DNA of 64,000 nucleotides from Tubiluchus corallicola (GCA_030141605.1 JAQGDQ010000209.1:62001-126000); one strand, 5' to 3'; shown: positions 40,390-54,880, counted from the stretch's first letter. The notes: a model not told the origin generated them from the sequence alone. Numbers and translations are program-made.

Positions 40390-40460
40390 CTTATATGGGG
40401 CAGTCAAATCTTTGCCGTCTACTTGCCACGATAGCAAAGTCTGTGGTTCAAGCTCAACCG
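40390..40460 (-). CDS. Beat-like exon: Ig2 part 2
   Basis: ttttctattttag|CG...AAG|gtaaca; AVELEPQTLLSWQVDGKDLTAPYK. Confidence 0.85.
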
Positions 40461-41054
40461 CTAAAATAGAAAACAAGAATTTTGAGCTTTGTTAAGAATA
40501 GCTAAACAAAATTATGCGTGCGTAAATACTTTATAGAGAATACTATAATAATTGCATAGGATATGGTGTGATAGAGTAACAGCATAAATAGAGAAACATT
40601 ATAGTGGCTAGGCCTGGACTTATTGGCCATACACAGTCTAGTTACAAGTTTACAGAATATTTGACAAATGGGTTTGTTTTTCACATTTTGGAAGATCACA
40701 TTATCCTGCCATTCATTTGGTGCATTTCGGTCAGGTCACTGACACAAGTGTTTTGATCTTGAATTTTCATAACATTGACTAATTTTACACATTGTTACAA
40801 TATTTTCTGTGCCCTTTTTTATTTGCATGTCCAGTTGTCAATTACACGCCCTAGAACATTAAAACAATGTTTTACTATCTCTAAAATTTGAAATGAAGTT
40901 TGAAGATTTGTAATCTTAACAATTATGCGATATCTTATATTTTATAAACTAAAGCCAACAGGAATCAGCATCTTTTCTAACTGCGTTCATTTAGTTTTTA
41001 AAGATTGTCATTTTACTGCACAAATCAGTTGACTCAAAATTACATTTCGCTTAC

Positions 41055-41132
41055 CGTAACATTCAACTGACATGTTATCACTTTTCTGGTATAACTGTTT
41101 ATGTCCTCTGATTTCTAACTTTTGTGGTACGC
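41055..41132 (-). CDS. Beat-like exon: Ig2 part 1
   Basis: cttttattttag|GC...G|gtaagc; VPQKLEIRGHKQLYQKSDNMSVECY. Confidence 0.85.
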
Positions 41133-42101
41133 CTAAAATAAAAGATAACATTTGTTTATTTGTTATTTTATTTGTACAAAAAGTACATTAACACAGCTCC
41201 AGTTAAAGTATTGCTAACTCAATACATGTCTAAAACAAAAGTACGAAACCGAACATCATCCATTGTATTTTAAACACTTGTCTAACTTGCACTAGCATTA
41301 TCTGCCAAGAAAAATTCATTTCTTATCATTTTCAAAACTTACGCTGATCTACAAAACATAGCCGTATTTTCCAAAAGAACTCCATTTTTCTTTGATGCAT
41401 TTGGCATCCAAAAACGTGTATGAAATTAACATAAAGGCCACGGATGTTATTGTAAACACTTCAGGTATTTCAGAGTCTATTGGGATTTCTACTCATTGTA
41501 AAAAGCATTAGAAAATAATTCAAAGAAGAGGCCATTTTTAAAAAAATTGTAGTTATATCTGTTTATAGAGCACTTTTTAATTTACAAAATAATTAATGTG
41601 AATTTGATTTTGATTTCAGATTTGTCAGCTGAGAACGATAAAACAGAAACGTCCTGTTTTAAATGAAACTATTCAAAGAAGTATTTCAAAATTCATCCCC
41701 ATAAAACCTCAACGAGAATAAACAAACATTAGACGGCCAGAAAATGTAAATCAACTATTTTAATAATTAATCAAAACAATAATATAAATTTGGTTATTAT
41801 AATACTAACAATTGGTCTCCTAAAATAAAAAAAAATGACTTGCAAACCACAGAGTTTAGCTCAGAGTGTTACAATGTCTTAATTGCAGTCACAACATCTT
41901 TCGTTATGTGTAAAATTTTACAAATATTTAGATATTTAAGGACTTAGTAGCTAGCTGCCCTGGAATGAATTTAAATGTCCTCACAACTAATTTTGTGGCT
42001 TAACAATTTTTTGGAATGCATTCAACACGCTACAGCAAAATCGTTTCTTCATTGAAAGCGGAGATGAAGAGACAGATTAGGAAGCATTTTGAAGCACTTA
42101 C

Positions 42102-42343
42102 TATAAACGGACAAATTGAACATTTTCATTTGGCCCGTCGATTTGTCGAATTCCACCATGCACTTGTACAGACCACTGTCTGAAGGACGCAGTGACTTAA
42201 TTGTCAAAATGCATTCTTTCCCGGTGCATTTAACGTCTGAACGGTCCTTTAGGTGGCGCAGCTGATACTGAGAGTCTTCATAGTAATTAAAAACTACAAA
42301 GTCCTTCAGGTGACCTGTCATATCTTCCTCCAAATAGACCCAC
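42102..42343 (-). CDS. Beat-like exon: Ig-V core
   Basis: tttttcctatag|G...A|gtaagt; WVYLEEDMTGHLKDFVVFNYYE...DRSDVKCTGKECILTIKSLRPSDSGLYKCMVEFDKSTGQMKMFNLSVY. Confidence 0.9.
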
Positions 42344-42866
42344 CTATAGGAAAAACAATTCGTCAGCTAATTTCCAATTCATAACTTATTTATTTTATCA
42401 CTTATTTTTAAACGTTTACTGTAATTATAAAAGCTGTCTACCAATTGACATATGTAAGTAAATATATTGTGCAGATGAACTAATTTAAGATTGCAATTCT
42501 TTAAAACGTAATGTTTACTCAATTTCACGATAAAAAATAGTATATATATTATCTATAATGCAATAAAGAAGCTGATGAAGAAATTTATAACTACACTATA
42601 ATTACAAAATACTTTTACAATACATATGTATATACAATTACAAAAACGTTGGGACAATATATGCATACGCAACATAATTATTACTGCAGTATATCACCTT
42701 AATGTGCGTGGGAAGACCCTGAGCAGTCGATTTTCCGAAGAAAGAGTTGAAAGGCATGCAATCACTGATTAAATAACTTACTGACTAACTGATTGAATGA
42801 TTAACTCACTAAATTAGCTGCTGATTGGTCGATTGGCCGACAAATTAAAATGCAAAATATACTAAC

Positions 42867-42984
42867 TTGTTTTTGTAAACTGTGTCGCCAGGTGGTAAAT
42901 CGTATGGGCACAAAAGCTGGAGATCTTGCATTGCTATTCCTTCTACAGGATCCATTTCAGGAACGTGTTTGTTCACGCCACGAA
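42867..42984 (-). CDS. Beat-like exon: Ig-V N-part
   Basis: ttttgatttgcag|TT...AA|gttagt; RGVNKHVPEMDPVEGIAMQDLQLLCPYDLPPGDTVYKNK. Confidence 0.85.
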
Positions 42985-43714
42985 CTGCAAATCAAAATAA
43001 TAATAATTTGACACCTCAAAAGACTATGCAACGACGATTAGAGTCGGATTTTCTAAGCTGAACTATGACCTTTTCTCTAGTATTACTGAATTCCTGTTGT
43101 TCTGTGTCTTGTTGTCCATTGTATCAACAAGCTAGAATTGTTATGTTTGATAAGCAAAACGAAATACTTCTGTCAGAAAACCTTAATATAGCTGCATTAG
43201 GAATTAATGATCTGTAGAAGTTGTTATTATTTGGAAAAGATGGCTTTAATTATGTTGTAAATAATTGTAAAATATTCCAGGGTGTGCATGACTTTATATT
43301 TCGCACTAAACATTTTCAGTAATTTCTGTCTCATATGAAATGCGTCAGTCCTAAATATTCGTACATTAAAACTTTTAACTGTCGATTTATTACTTATTAT
43401 TAATGTAATCTTGAGGTAAACTTGTCCGCTTGTGTAAATATAGACAATTCTTATTGTAAATGTTTTGTAAGTATGTTGTGGTGAGGATCTTAAATCATGT
43501 TTTGAAACTGTCTGATCCAATCCTTATAATTAAATAAATTATGTTTAAACAAAAACACTATGCGAATATCAAAATCACAGACCTAACATCTAAGTTATCC
43601 ACCGAAATGCGATAAACTTTGCTTACAAGAAGTGAAATGCTGGAATTTCGCAAATGCTCCAATAAAAATAAACACAAAGTCTTATATTACTTTTGCGGAC
43701 AGCAAGAACGAGGA

Positions 43715-43870
43715 CAGCCACAACAACCACAGCCACAGCAGCAACAACAACAACAACAACTTCAACCTCTGTCACAACCAGAACCATTACCACCGCCACG
43801 TCTACAACGGCAAAGACAGCAACCATGACAGTAGCAACGGCGACAACGACAATGATAACGACAATAACTT
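43715..43870. repeat. Degenerate (CAA/CAG/GAC)n low-complexity tract
   Basis: Direct reading. Confidence 0.85.
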
Positions 43871-43969
43871 CTGTGGTTCGTATGCAGCCACGATACTTAA
43901 CTTAATTTACGTTACACCGTAGTAATAATGAACAGTTTTTGCAAAACTAACGGTAGTTAGAAACTATAC

Positions 43970-44008
43970 CTTTACAGGCGAATATAGACCGAACATACAA
44001 AAAAGAAC
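43970..44008 (-). CDS. Candidate 39-nt symmetric phase-1 exon contributing to the Beat-like leader
   Basis: ttttgttgccag|GT...AAAG|gtatag; GSFLYVRSIFACK joins in frame to exon 42984. A possible ATG-G|gtgagt start lies at 48340-48337. The resulting signal peptide is weak. Confidence 0.3.
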
Positions 44009-44594
44009 CTGGCAACAAAATTCCCAGTTAAATAACATTTTATAGATACGCGTATACAAGTATGCGAAAAAATCTTATCTATAAATTATAAACAGAACTA
44101 GCAGATTTTAGACATTCTATTAGTTTTTAAACCACCTCTGGTCGACAAAACGTGAATGATGCAATAGATTGAATACCAGTGAATAATGTGTATTGCGAGT
44201 TGAAACGCTGAAAATAGACCTATAACATATCAAATTATGAACTGCAGGTCCGTAGGGATTTCCAATGGCGACAACGATTTTTAGTATGATTGAAATAGAG
44301 AAGGCATTCGTCCCCAGGGAGCAAGTAGAGTCTGAATAGAGAATCAAATGAGAAGGTTTATCTCATGCATCGAGTCGAAAAACCCATTTAATAATCATTT
44401 TAAAACCACAGAGAATATGCCTAATATGCGCGTGTATATCATGTTTTGACTAAAGCGAAAATTATAACAAATTACGCGAGCAAATACTGCCGTCCCGACG
44501 TAAAACAGTGTGCAAATTACCGTTGAGTTTAATATTTCATGCTTTTGAAGCGCCGCAGATACAGACCGTTAGTGGAAATAATTTGCACAAATTA

Positions 44595-44675
44595 ATGATG
44601 ATGATGATACCGATGATGACGACGACGACAACAACAACAACAACAACCATAATGACGACGACGACGACGACGACG

Positions 44676-44707
<32 letters not shown>

Positions 44708-44825
44708 GATGATTGCAGCACTGGTGAGATAATAGTGAAAAAGATTAATAAGGCAATTACATTCTAGATAATGGCAACGATATTATGACAATGATGATGA
44801 CCACGAAGACGACAACGACGATGAG

Positions 44826-44906
<81 letters not shown>

Positions 44907-44920
44907 GCAATAATGATAAT
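44595..44920. repeat. (GAT/GAC/CAA)n followed by (AAT)n microsatellites
   Basis: Direct reading. Confidence 0.92.
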
Positions 44921-45557
44921 GACGATACTGATATTTGTATGATCCGTTGCCATGGTGACCATGACGACAACAATAATTATCGAATAAGTATTGCCTTTGT
45001 TTCTGCCAACGTCACTGCGAGAGTCGCAAAGCTGGATATTTTCCGGGTTAACAGTTTGGAACTCGAATTCGTTTCAGTTGCCGAAAATCTTGAAAACTTC
45101 AAAGATTGATGATGACATCTCCTTGATGGATGGAGAGCGTAAGTTCCGGAACGAATTACTCTCCATTTCCCTTATAGAATTAATGTGAACTCTAGAAGAT
45201 CTAACGCTATTTTTTCTTCGGCAAAGTAAGAGATCGGAATTATTGGAAGGTCACGATAAGTTTTCATTTTCGCAATGTTTTTATACCATATTTTGGTATA
45301 TCAGGTTGAGTTATGTTAACAACGTAATATTGCCTTTAGTTAGGCAATATTGCGTTACTTAAGATTACGTTACGTTGCGTTACCTTAGAAATAGTTACAC
45401 TTCACGGGTCTCTACATGTTTTCGAGACAAAATTAATGCGTAGTAATAAAAACTGAAAGGGATTATTGTTTATGTAATTCTAACAGGGTGAGAATTAGGG
45501 TCTAGCTGACGCTCCCTTCTCTATTTTTTTGCAAGAAGTGTCGACAGTAACTTGCCG

Positions 45558-45718
45558 AAGCGTTCACACTAGACTGTAACTCGTTGGAAAACAAATTGCT
45601 GCAACTGTCGGAGAGTTTACAATAACATGCCGATAGTAACTCCTAGAGCAGTTCGCACTTGCGAGTTTGATGTCAGAGAAAAAACTCGCGACGGAAAACT
45701 CGCTGGTCTGAATGCGCC
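45558..45718. mobile_element. MITE family C (related inverted copy at ~40070-40212)
   Basis: Ends GCGTTCACACTAG / CTGGTCTGAATGC; agcagttcgcacttgcgagtttgatgtcagag is approximately the reverse complement of ctctgacagcaaactcgcaggtctgaactgct at ~40074. Confidence 0.6.
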
Positions 45719-45734
45719 GCAATGTTTTAACCAG

Positions 45735-45880
45735 ACGGTATAGTCTAGTGGTAACGCGTGCGCTTTCTTTCTGGAAGGTCGTGAGTTAGGATCTTGCGAC
45801 CGGGTTATACCAAAGACTTTAAAAGTGGTACCTGTCGTCGCCCTGTCTGGCGCGTTGTATTTTAGGTAAACTTGAGGTAA
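45735..45880 (+). mobile_element. tRNA-derived SINE
   Basis: A-box TAGTCTAGTGG, degenerate B-box GAGTTAGGATC, then core gggttataccaaagactttaaaagtggtacc...ctggcgcg; a second, split copy lies at 56930-57510. Confidence 0.7.
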
Positions 45881-46690
45881 TAATAATCTCTTTTATGTAG
45901 ATTGAATTTAAATAAAGGTTATTATTATATTGTTATGCTTGTAGCATTCGTTAGTGCACAGTTTCTTTTGGAACACCATTAGTTGGTTTAAAATTAAAAT
46001 TAAAAGCCGAAAACAGTCGACCATCCACGCACGCCAAAATGCATCTAAATTCTACAGAACTTGATCACCTTTTCAACATGCCGACGCATTTGAAACAACA
46101 CCGTTTACAAATTTTAAAATATTCACCCTGCACGTTTTCGTCTGGTTTTTTAATACCCTTATTACTTCAGATTGCTAATTATTTTCAGAAAGCCAGGTTG
46201 CAAAATTATCAGCTACAATCATTTGTGCCTGAAAGCGGAAGCTTCCTTTTGCAATTCAGTCTTACTGCGCGACGGAAGAAGAAAATTTCCGTTTTCTACA
46301 AACTTACATTAGTAATAACTTGCAGATCATTTATACCCATCTGTTACGGGACTTAATGGAACTGCATGTAAGTGTGTTTGTAAGCCGAACTGTAACTTTC
46401 CATCTAATTTCAGTCGTGAATGAATCTATAATCATTTAAATCACGACGCGTATAATTCATGATGTGAAAAAAGCTTCTGGTAGTACGAAATAAGCATCAA
46501 AACTACGGTTAGTACGACGTGAAAAATGTTCTGGTAGTACAAGATAAGAATTAAAACTAAGTGTAGAACAAGACTTAATAGTTTGCAATGTGTGGGACTC
46601 GCAACTCGTAAATTATTTGAAATGATTTGTTCTTAAACTTTTCTCAATTAAAGAACATTAAATGCATACTAAAAGGTATATGTATGAAAC

Positions 46691-46696
46691 AGAGCG

Positions 46697-46748
<52 letters not shown>

Positions 46749-46765
46749 AAGAGAAAAAGAAAGAG
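46691..46765. repeat. (AG)n microsatellite
   Basis: Direct reading. Confidence 0.92.
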
Positions 46766-47499
46766 CAGCAATTAAAATAACCAATACAGGCTTGTTTTAT
46801 GAAACACCAGCAATACTTTCTTTGAATATAAATGCCAATTAAATACTATTTTAAATCCCTTGTAGCATCTTGAAAGAATTATTTAAGGTAGCAATTAAAG
46901 CTCTGTGCATGTACTATGTTTTATATATATTTTTGTACTTTTATTACTGAGAAATGCTGCCCTTAGTGTGTAAAATTCAATTAAACAACTAAAATGTAAA
47001 TACTTCAGTTAATGCTAAACGGGAGAATATCTATGTTAGCCCGAGCCCGCAAGACGTCAGCTCAACTTTAGGGAAAAACGTGAAATTGAGGTTTATTTCA
47101 TTATGTGAGTAAAACGAGCACAACAGCGATTACTGCCTTGCAGCCATCTTTCTCGTTTTCTGTTAAGATACATTTAAACATTGAGCGATTTACTAAGTGT
47201 TCTCCTAGTAAGATGAATTCGTTTACTAAGTGTCTTCCTAGTAATAGTGCAAGATGAATTTGTTCGCACAGACAGTAATGTACTATCGAAGTCTATTTGA
47301 TGTTTAGGTTACATAATAAGGACTTTTGGTTGAAAAAAGTGCAAAGAAAAATCTGCACTAATAGTAATAGCGCTAATGCGGTAACGTAAGAATACTACTA
47401 TTAACAATTATAAGCACAATGAGTGATGCAAAATGAATAAAGCATGGAAATGGGATGGAGAAAAAGGGAGCGAACATGGAGGATAGACACTGGGGGGAC

Positions 47500-47627
47500 A
47501 AATGAGAGAGGGGTGAGAGAAAAATAGAGACAGTGCGATAGCGATAGAACTAAAACGACAGAGAGAGGGGAAGAGAGAGAAAGATAGGAAAAAAGACAGA
47601 GACAGAACTAAACAGATACAATGGCAC

Positions 47628-47690
<63 letters not shown>

Positions 47691-47966
47691 GAAACACAGA
47701 CAAACAGAGAGAAAGAGACGGAGAGATAGAAAAGAGAAGGAATAAGAGAGATTTATTATTTATTATGATTATTATTGTAAGTCTTTTATTGACTTCTATT
47801 GCAGGTACAAATATATATATATATTCAAAACACAAAACATAATAGATAATGTGGATAAACCATTTATCTATTTAGAGTTTTGAAACACTCCTGTGAAATT
47901 ATACAAGGTTTGGTATACGGAATACATTATTATTTATCTAGTAACTTTAGTAAATTTAGACAGCGT

Positions 47967-48055
<89 letters not shown>

Positions 48056-48095
48056 GGAAGAGAAAAGGAAGAGCGAAGGGGAGAGGGAAAGAGGC
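47500..48095. repeat. Purine-rich region with two (AG)n arrays (~47631-47692 and ~47969-48050)
   Basis: Direct reading. Confidence 0.9.
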
Positions 48096-48924
48096 TATAT
48101 GGCTCGAAGACAAACGGAAAGCACGGTAGCTCGAAACGAGTCGAGATATGATCACTACACCATTCTGTCTGACTAAATATTGCTATTTACATTCACATCC
48201 AGTAGATGAAATTTTGCAGGACTCAGCTGGTCTGCTAATGAAGCGTATAGATCATGCATTCGTGCCACTTCCAGTCAAACTAATAATCCGCAACTAACGC
48301 GAACGAGTCAATTTAGACCTCATTGTAAACACTCACCCATAATTCATTTATTTGCTTATTTTTGGAAATCTCCGAAAATTAGGTCGGACAGAAAAATGAG
48401 TTATAAAACTATAAACTCTTTCCATTGGTAGTAGTTACTCATTTCGCGTCTTCTGATACCACTGATGAGAATGATAGCAGAACGTTCTTTTAATAAAAGC
48501 AATGTAAATATTTTTCAAAATAATGAATGCGCGATATCACTCCACGTCAATCATGTCGAAGCGTAGCTGTCAGAAAGTAATTATCCCAGCGCTATCCGCA
48601 TTAAAATAATAATAATAACGCAAAGTCATTATTTAACAATTTTTGCAGAATGTCTAATCAAGCATTTTCTTGAGTTGCTGGCGAAGAGACGACAAGCGTT
48701 TGATGATGAATTATTTAGGTGAACACGCGGGAATTGCTAGTGTAAAGTGGTTTTTGCAGGTATCACAGACTCATCCGCATCACGTCTGCTGTGAGAACAT
48801 CAATCTTTTCAAGTTGCTGACAGCTTCCAATCTAACTGAACCTTCATTAGCTAGGTGAATGTTTTGACGCATGTAAATTACGAACTTTAGTTCTCGCATA
48901 ATAAATCTGGCATGCACCAGCTAT

Positions 48925-49185
48925 TTTTGCTACTACTGTTGTGCCTGCTGTTGCTACTAGTGATGCTGCTACTGCTACTACTAGTGCTGTTGCTGCTGTT
49001 GCTACTACTTCTGCTGTTGTTGTTGTTGCTACTGCTGCCGTTGCTACTGCTGTTACTGCTGCTACTGGTATTGCTTTTGCAGCAGTTCTGCTGCAGCTGT
49101 TGTCGCTGCTGCTGTAGTTACTGGTGTTGCTGTTGCGGTTACTGCTGCTGCTGCTCCTTTTCCTGCTATTGCTGTTCCTGCTGCC
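48925..49185. repeat. Degenerate (CTG/CTA/TTG)n tract
   Basis: Direct reading; source of poly-Leu/Cys pseudo-ORF. Confidence 0.9.
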
Positions 49186-49374
49186 ATTGATGTCTTAACA
49201 TCTCTTTACTTCCTTTTCTGTTATACATTATAGAAAAATTAATAATACAGAAATCTGGTCTGTGAAGTGAAGTATGATGGCCATATGCCTATGACACTCA
49301 CTGTGCTGATATTTTAGGCGTATCAGTTAGTACAACAGCATCATTTGACATTTGATTTGTGTAAAACCATTTTT

Positions 49375-49379
<5 letters not shown>

Positions 49380-49411
<32 letters not shown>
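49380..49411. repeat. (CT)n microsatellite
   Basis: Direct reading. Confidence 0.9.
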
Positions 49412-49415
<4 letters not shown>

Positions 49416-51509
49416 CTCTTGTTCTCTGTTTGTCCTTCCTCTTTTCTCTCCTTTTCTCTTCTCACGCCCTCTTTCGCTCTTAAACTTCCTCTCTTTCCAT
49501 CAGTCCGAACTCTCTAAGTTTGTAACTACCTCCTGATATTGCCAATTCATCAGTATGGCTGGCATTGTAGATAAATAATTAATGAGCTACAGGCGGTTTC
49601 CTCAAATCTAATAGGAGTAGATAAAGCAGAAACGCAATAAACGTTTTTCGTAGAAAATGCTAGCTTGTGTTTGTACATCAAACAAAGGAGTGTGATAATA
49701 ATTCTAAGTAATCCATTAAACTTTAGGGAGCGCGACTCTAACTTCCGGAAGTAACTTTGTGAACTATCGTGCTATCGGAGCTGCTGGCATTTGTAAAAAT
49801 GCAACAACTTGAAAAAACTGTTGCACTGTGTCAAAAAATGCCACAAGTTTCGTAAATTTATATTGTAATTACTTGTTTTTCTTTCAATTTATTGCTGGTA
49901 GTTATTATATTATTATATCTACTAATAAGTCTGTTGCCTTTTCAAAATGTTGTTTATTTTTCATAATTGTAGTTTTATACAATCCAGCACTCAGTCACAA
50001 GTGCTAAGATAGGGCTACTACAGGTCCAAATAGACAATGCGTTTCTCGTTGTAACATCCAACATCAAGCGAGCTCGACAAGCAATGTCAGTTACTAAGAA
50101 CACCTTTTTACATTTCAAGCTGACCCTCGATATCATACATGGTTACTTGACAGGCAACAAAATTTTCCTTAGATGCTCCGGGTTCTTTTTCACTGATTAT
50201 AACACTATCATTGCTAGGGAAACCTCACCAGTGAACACATAGTTCCTTACCTTACATTAGCTCTGCCGTATTAGAAGCTAGAAGCAATCGACTCAACCAC
50301 AAGAAGCAAGATTTATTTCGGATTAGGTGCTAAGAGCTCAATGATGTGTTGAGCACTCAAGCACCTCATATAAAATCATGAACATGAGAGAAAAGTTGGC
50401 GCAAATTCGACAGGAACGGGGGTTGTCAGCGCCCTTGACAACAGTGCCATAAACTGGGCCTTTTTGCCTTGTGTATTTCAACGATTCCTCAATATTCAAG
50501 CTTGCACAGTTTGTGTAAAGTCAAACACATACACGGGGTTTTCTTGATTGCTTCTAATTGCTCAGCTGTCAGTCTCCCACAAGTGCGATTAGCTACGCCT
50601 GGAGCAGATGCATCTTGCTGCTGCTCTAGGTGGCTTCAATAAAACCAGCGTAAAATACGTTTTGAAAGAGAAATTATTTTGAAAGATAGATAACCACTAT
50701 CCTTCTAACATTGTGTTCTATTGATCTTTTAATAAAAAAGCGTATTCGTCAAAACGCGCAACGTTAGAAATTACTAATCAGCAGTATCACGAGATAATAT
50801 AGAATTAAATCTTAATGACAACAAATGTACCTTGGTACCAACTAATAAAAAACACCACAATAAAAATGGCATTTTTGTACCTCGCTGTTTATTAATGCAT
50901 TCAAATGCATATGTAAAACTCTTGAAACGACAAGAAAGTAGAGAAGGGTCGGCTATTGACGTATATAGATATATGCAAAAAGGTTTAACAAATACAACAC
51001 TACATTTAAAGGATGATGCATTGTAGGCAGTGGCAGTGGACAGGCACGCACGCATGGCATCAACAGCCGGGACGTGATATGTTTTACGACGTAGTGGCAC
51101 CTAGACGATTGTTTACTATTGTCAGAGAAAGCACAGCTTTAAACATTTTGTACTTTTTTCTCCTGAAGAGAGTATGCAGTGATGACTGAAAGGTCGCGTT
51201 CTTTAATTGAGGGATCTTTAATACGTGTCTTATTAAATAATAATTAAATACAAAAGATATGACATGATCTTGAGAAAAAAGTAGGAAACATTGAGCTATG
51301 ACGTCACTATACTAGACTTTCACATTGCGCAGTTCCGTCAACCAAATTGGTAGATGAATGAATAAAAAATAGGAATAAAAGAATGAATAAGCACGTAGTT
51401 GAACAAATAAAACGAGTGAATGAAGGAACACAAAAATAAAAACCAGAAAGCAAACGATTAGATATATGGACAGAAGAAGAATAAGAGGATAAAAAAGTAG
51501 GAAGAAAGG

Positions 51510-51638
51510 GATGAATGAATGAATGAATGAATGAATAAACGAATGAACGAACGAAAGAACGAATAAATTCATCAGTGAATGAATGACTGAATGAATGAAT
51601 GAATGAATGAATGAATGAATGAATGAATGAATGAATGA
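51510..51638. repeat. (GAAT)n microsatellite
   Basis: Direct reading. Confidence 0.92.
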
Positions 51639-52788
51639 AAAAAATCAATTATCTGCTTTAGCAAATTTGCAAAAAATTACCGAACTTTGCAGCAAATTTT
51701 TTGCTGAATCAAAAAAAATCGAATTAGCCCAAGTTTAATTTTCTGCGCAAAGCTAATAACAAGGTAAAGTAATTATAACCCTACTCCCAAGTCTTTGATC
51801 GACAGACATGGTAAAACCGATTAGGACTGTAAGTCTTTAACTTACTAGAATTAAATTAACTTGCATAAGGATTGCTTCTGCTGATTTTCAGATAACAGAA
51901 CGAAGTTGAGTTTATAAATCTTGTAAAAATTGTGAAAAGAGACAACTATACAAGACAGAAAGTATCTTATTATAATGTTTCTAATGTCCGTCATAAAAGA
52001 CTCATTAAGATTACAATTTAATGTCCTGAAATGAACAGCAGCTTTATTAAACACAAATAAACGAAACGACAATAACAGCCTTCACATTATCGGAGCTATG
52101 TGTCCTACTTCAAAACACTGGACTACTCATTGATGCAATCAGACAACAATGCAGCAAGTGCTGACATCTATTAGTGATAATATATACCTTACACTTATCT
52201 CTCTTATCTTCTGGACACAGCGAAATAAAATTTTATTAATTTGCCGTAGTTTGCTTAAATTACTTTTCGTTACAACCATGCCGCCTGAATTAAATTTAAA
52301 AAACACACTGGCTGTTTTTACACTAGGATTATTTAATATATCACCACACGTTGATTCGAGCTGCAATTTACTATGTGAGACAACAGATATTTATTTTTAA
52401 TACCGTTTATTTATACCTCCACGTAGACAGCACATACGAGTTCAACACATTGAAGATTTCACGAAAACCGCAACAAGATTAAATTCCCTTCAGTTTGGCG
52501 AGTAACTAATAATTCAGCTTCTGATGAAATTGTGGCAAATATATTGCTTAACAACAGATCCTTATTGGATTGATTTTCTCTAGAGGCGAAATTCACACAT
52601 CAAAGACGTGGCTTCATACAAGACATTGGAAGAAAATGTTTATTTTTAGCATCGAGAGGGTTTCGAAGTCAATCGCAGGACAGAAATGAGAGCAAATATG
52701 GTCCATTCTAATACGCGAACATGGAAGAATGTAAAATGGATGAACAAAGAAAGGAGAAAAAATTATATAGTGAATGAATGAATGAAAA

Positions 52789-53812
<1,024 letters not shown>

Positions 53813-54880
53813 CGGTTTATCGTTTGTTCCGAACATATTCAAATGTAGTTACAACAACAATAAATAACAATTAATAACATATACACACATAACTCAGAAA
53901 GTTACACTACTATACAATATTTACGATTGGGCCAGGAGCATGGGCTCAGACTTATGGTAGCACGTTAAGTTAAACATTCGCGTAAAGTAAGGTGCACCAA
54001 TAGGCCCAAACAATTTCGTATAGCGAATGTATATACTATATCACTCTTTAATATTGCTTTACAAATCAAATTATCCTAATTTAAAGTTCTTTTTAAACGG
54101 CTGAACGCACTTCTTTTATGCATAACATCAAAATACAACAAATTCAGTTCAATGGACATTGACCTAGCACAATAGTCACAAGGGTTGTTAAACAACTTTC
54201 TCATACAGACATTGTATGCTACTTTGAGTTTTTTCAAATTATAATGATAAAAGTATCTCCACGTTCTCATGCAGTAAAAACTACCACAAAAAGAGTTAAA
54301 CAGCTGTTTTTTCACCTTTGCAGTGCAAAATTTATACTTTCTAATTTGTTTGTTAGCCCGACAGTAAAAAAGAGATCTTTGTCTGTTTATGTCATCATCA
54401 TCCCTATTTTCGTGAGTAATAATGTGTCCTAAATATTTTTGCTTTTCACAAGGTAGCACAAGCACGTTATTCAGAATGAAGGATTTAAACTCAAAATGAG
54501 CAAATATCGGAGGCTTAACAGTAACTAATTTAGTTTTTTAATGTTTAGAGCAATATCAAAATGAACAGTAATTACTGTAAATATCAGTGAGCCGTTGTAA
54601 AGCATTTATAGTAGTTGCCAACAAGCAGATGTCATCTGCAAACATCAAATGATTTACATACTTGTTGGCAATTTGGCACCCGCACTTCTCATCAGTGAGT
54701 TTACTGCTCAGTTCCTTGAGACTGATATTAAACAAAATGGGAGACATTTTCCCTCCTTGTCGAACTCCATTTCCAACTTTGGAGACACATGAAACCTGAT
54801 GGCCCCACCTCACAAATAATTCTTGGTTAGTATAATAGAAAACTAAAAGTCTTATTACAGTATTCAGCAGTTCAGTACTG
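53813..54880 (-). mobile_element. 5'-truncated, frameshifted non-LTR retrotransposon (RTE-X-like) RT 3' half
   Basis: GVRQGGKMSPILFN, CGCQIANKYVNHLMFADDICLLA (YADD-type), then KYLGHII...DDDDINRQ...VKKQLFNSFC...LKVAYN in another frame; the 3' end runs into an (ATCA)n array. Confidence 0.88.

Larger units (their letters stand above)
31764..42984 (-). other. Gene model: Beat-like two-Ig (V + C2/I) cell-surface protein with GPI-type tail (~247 aa without signal exon)
   Basis: Six GT-AG exons join in frame: 42984-42867, 42343-42102, 41132-41055, 40460-40390, 39009-38859, 31846-31764. LLCPYDL..GDTVYKNKW, DSGLYKCMV and IRG...Y..SD...VEC....P...LSWQVDGK match the Beat-family pattern as I recall it. 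Confidence 0.82.

Noticed and set aside
47608-49190. Poly-ER, poly-SL, poly-L/C ORFs (also 3302, 43619-43922, 44508-44973, 46627, 51307)
   Set aside because: Simple-repeat translations with no splice or domain support
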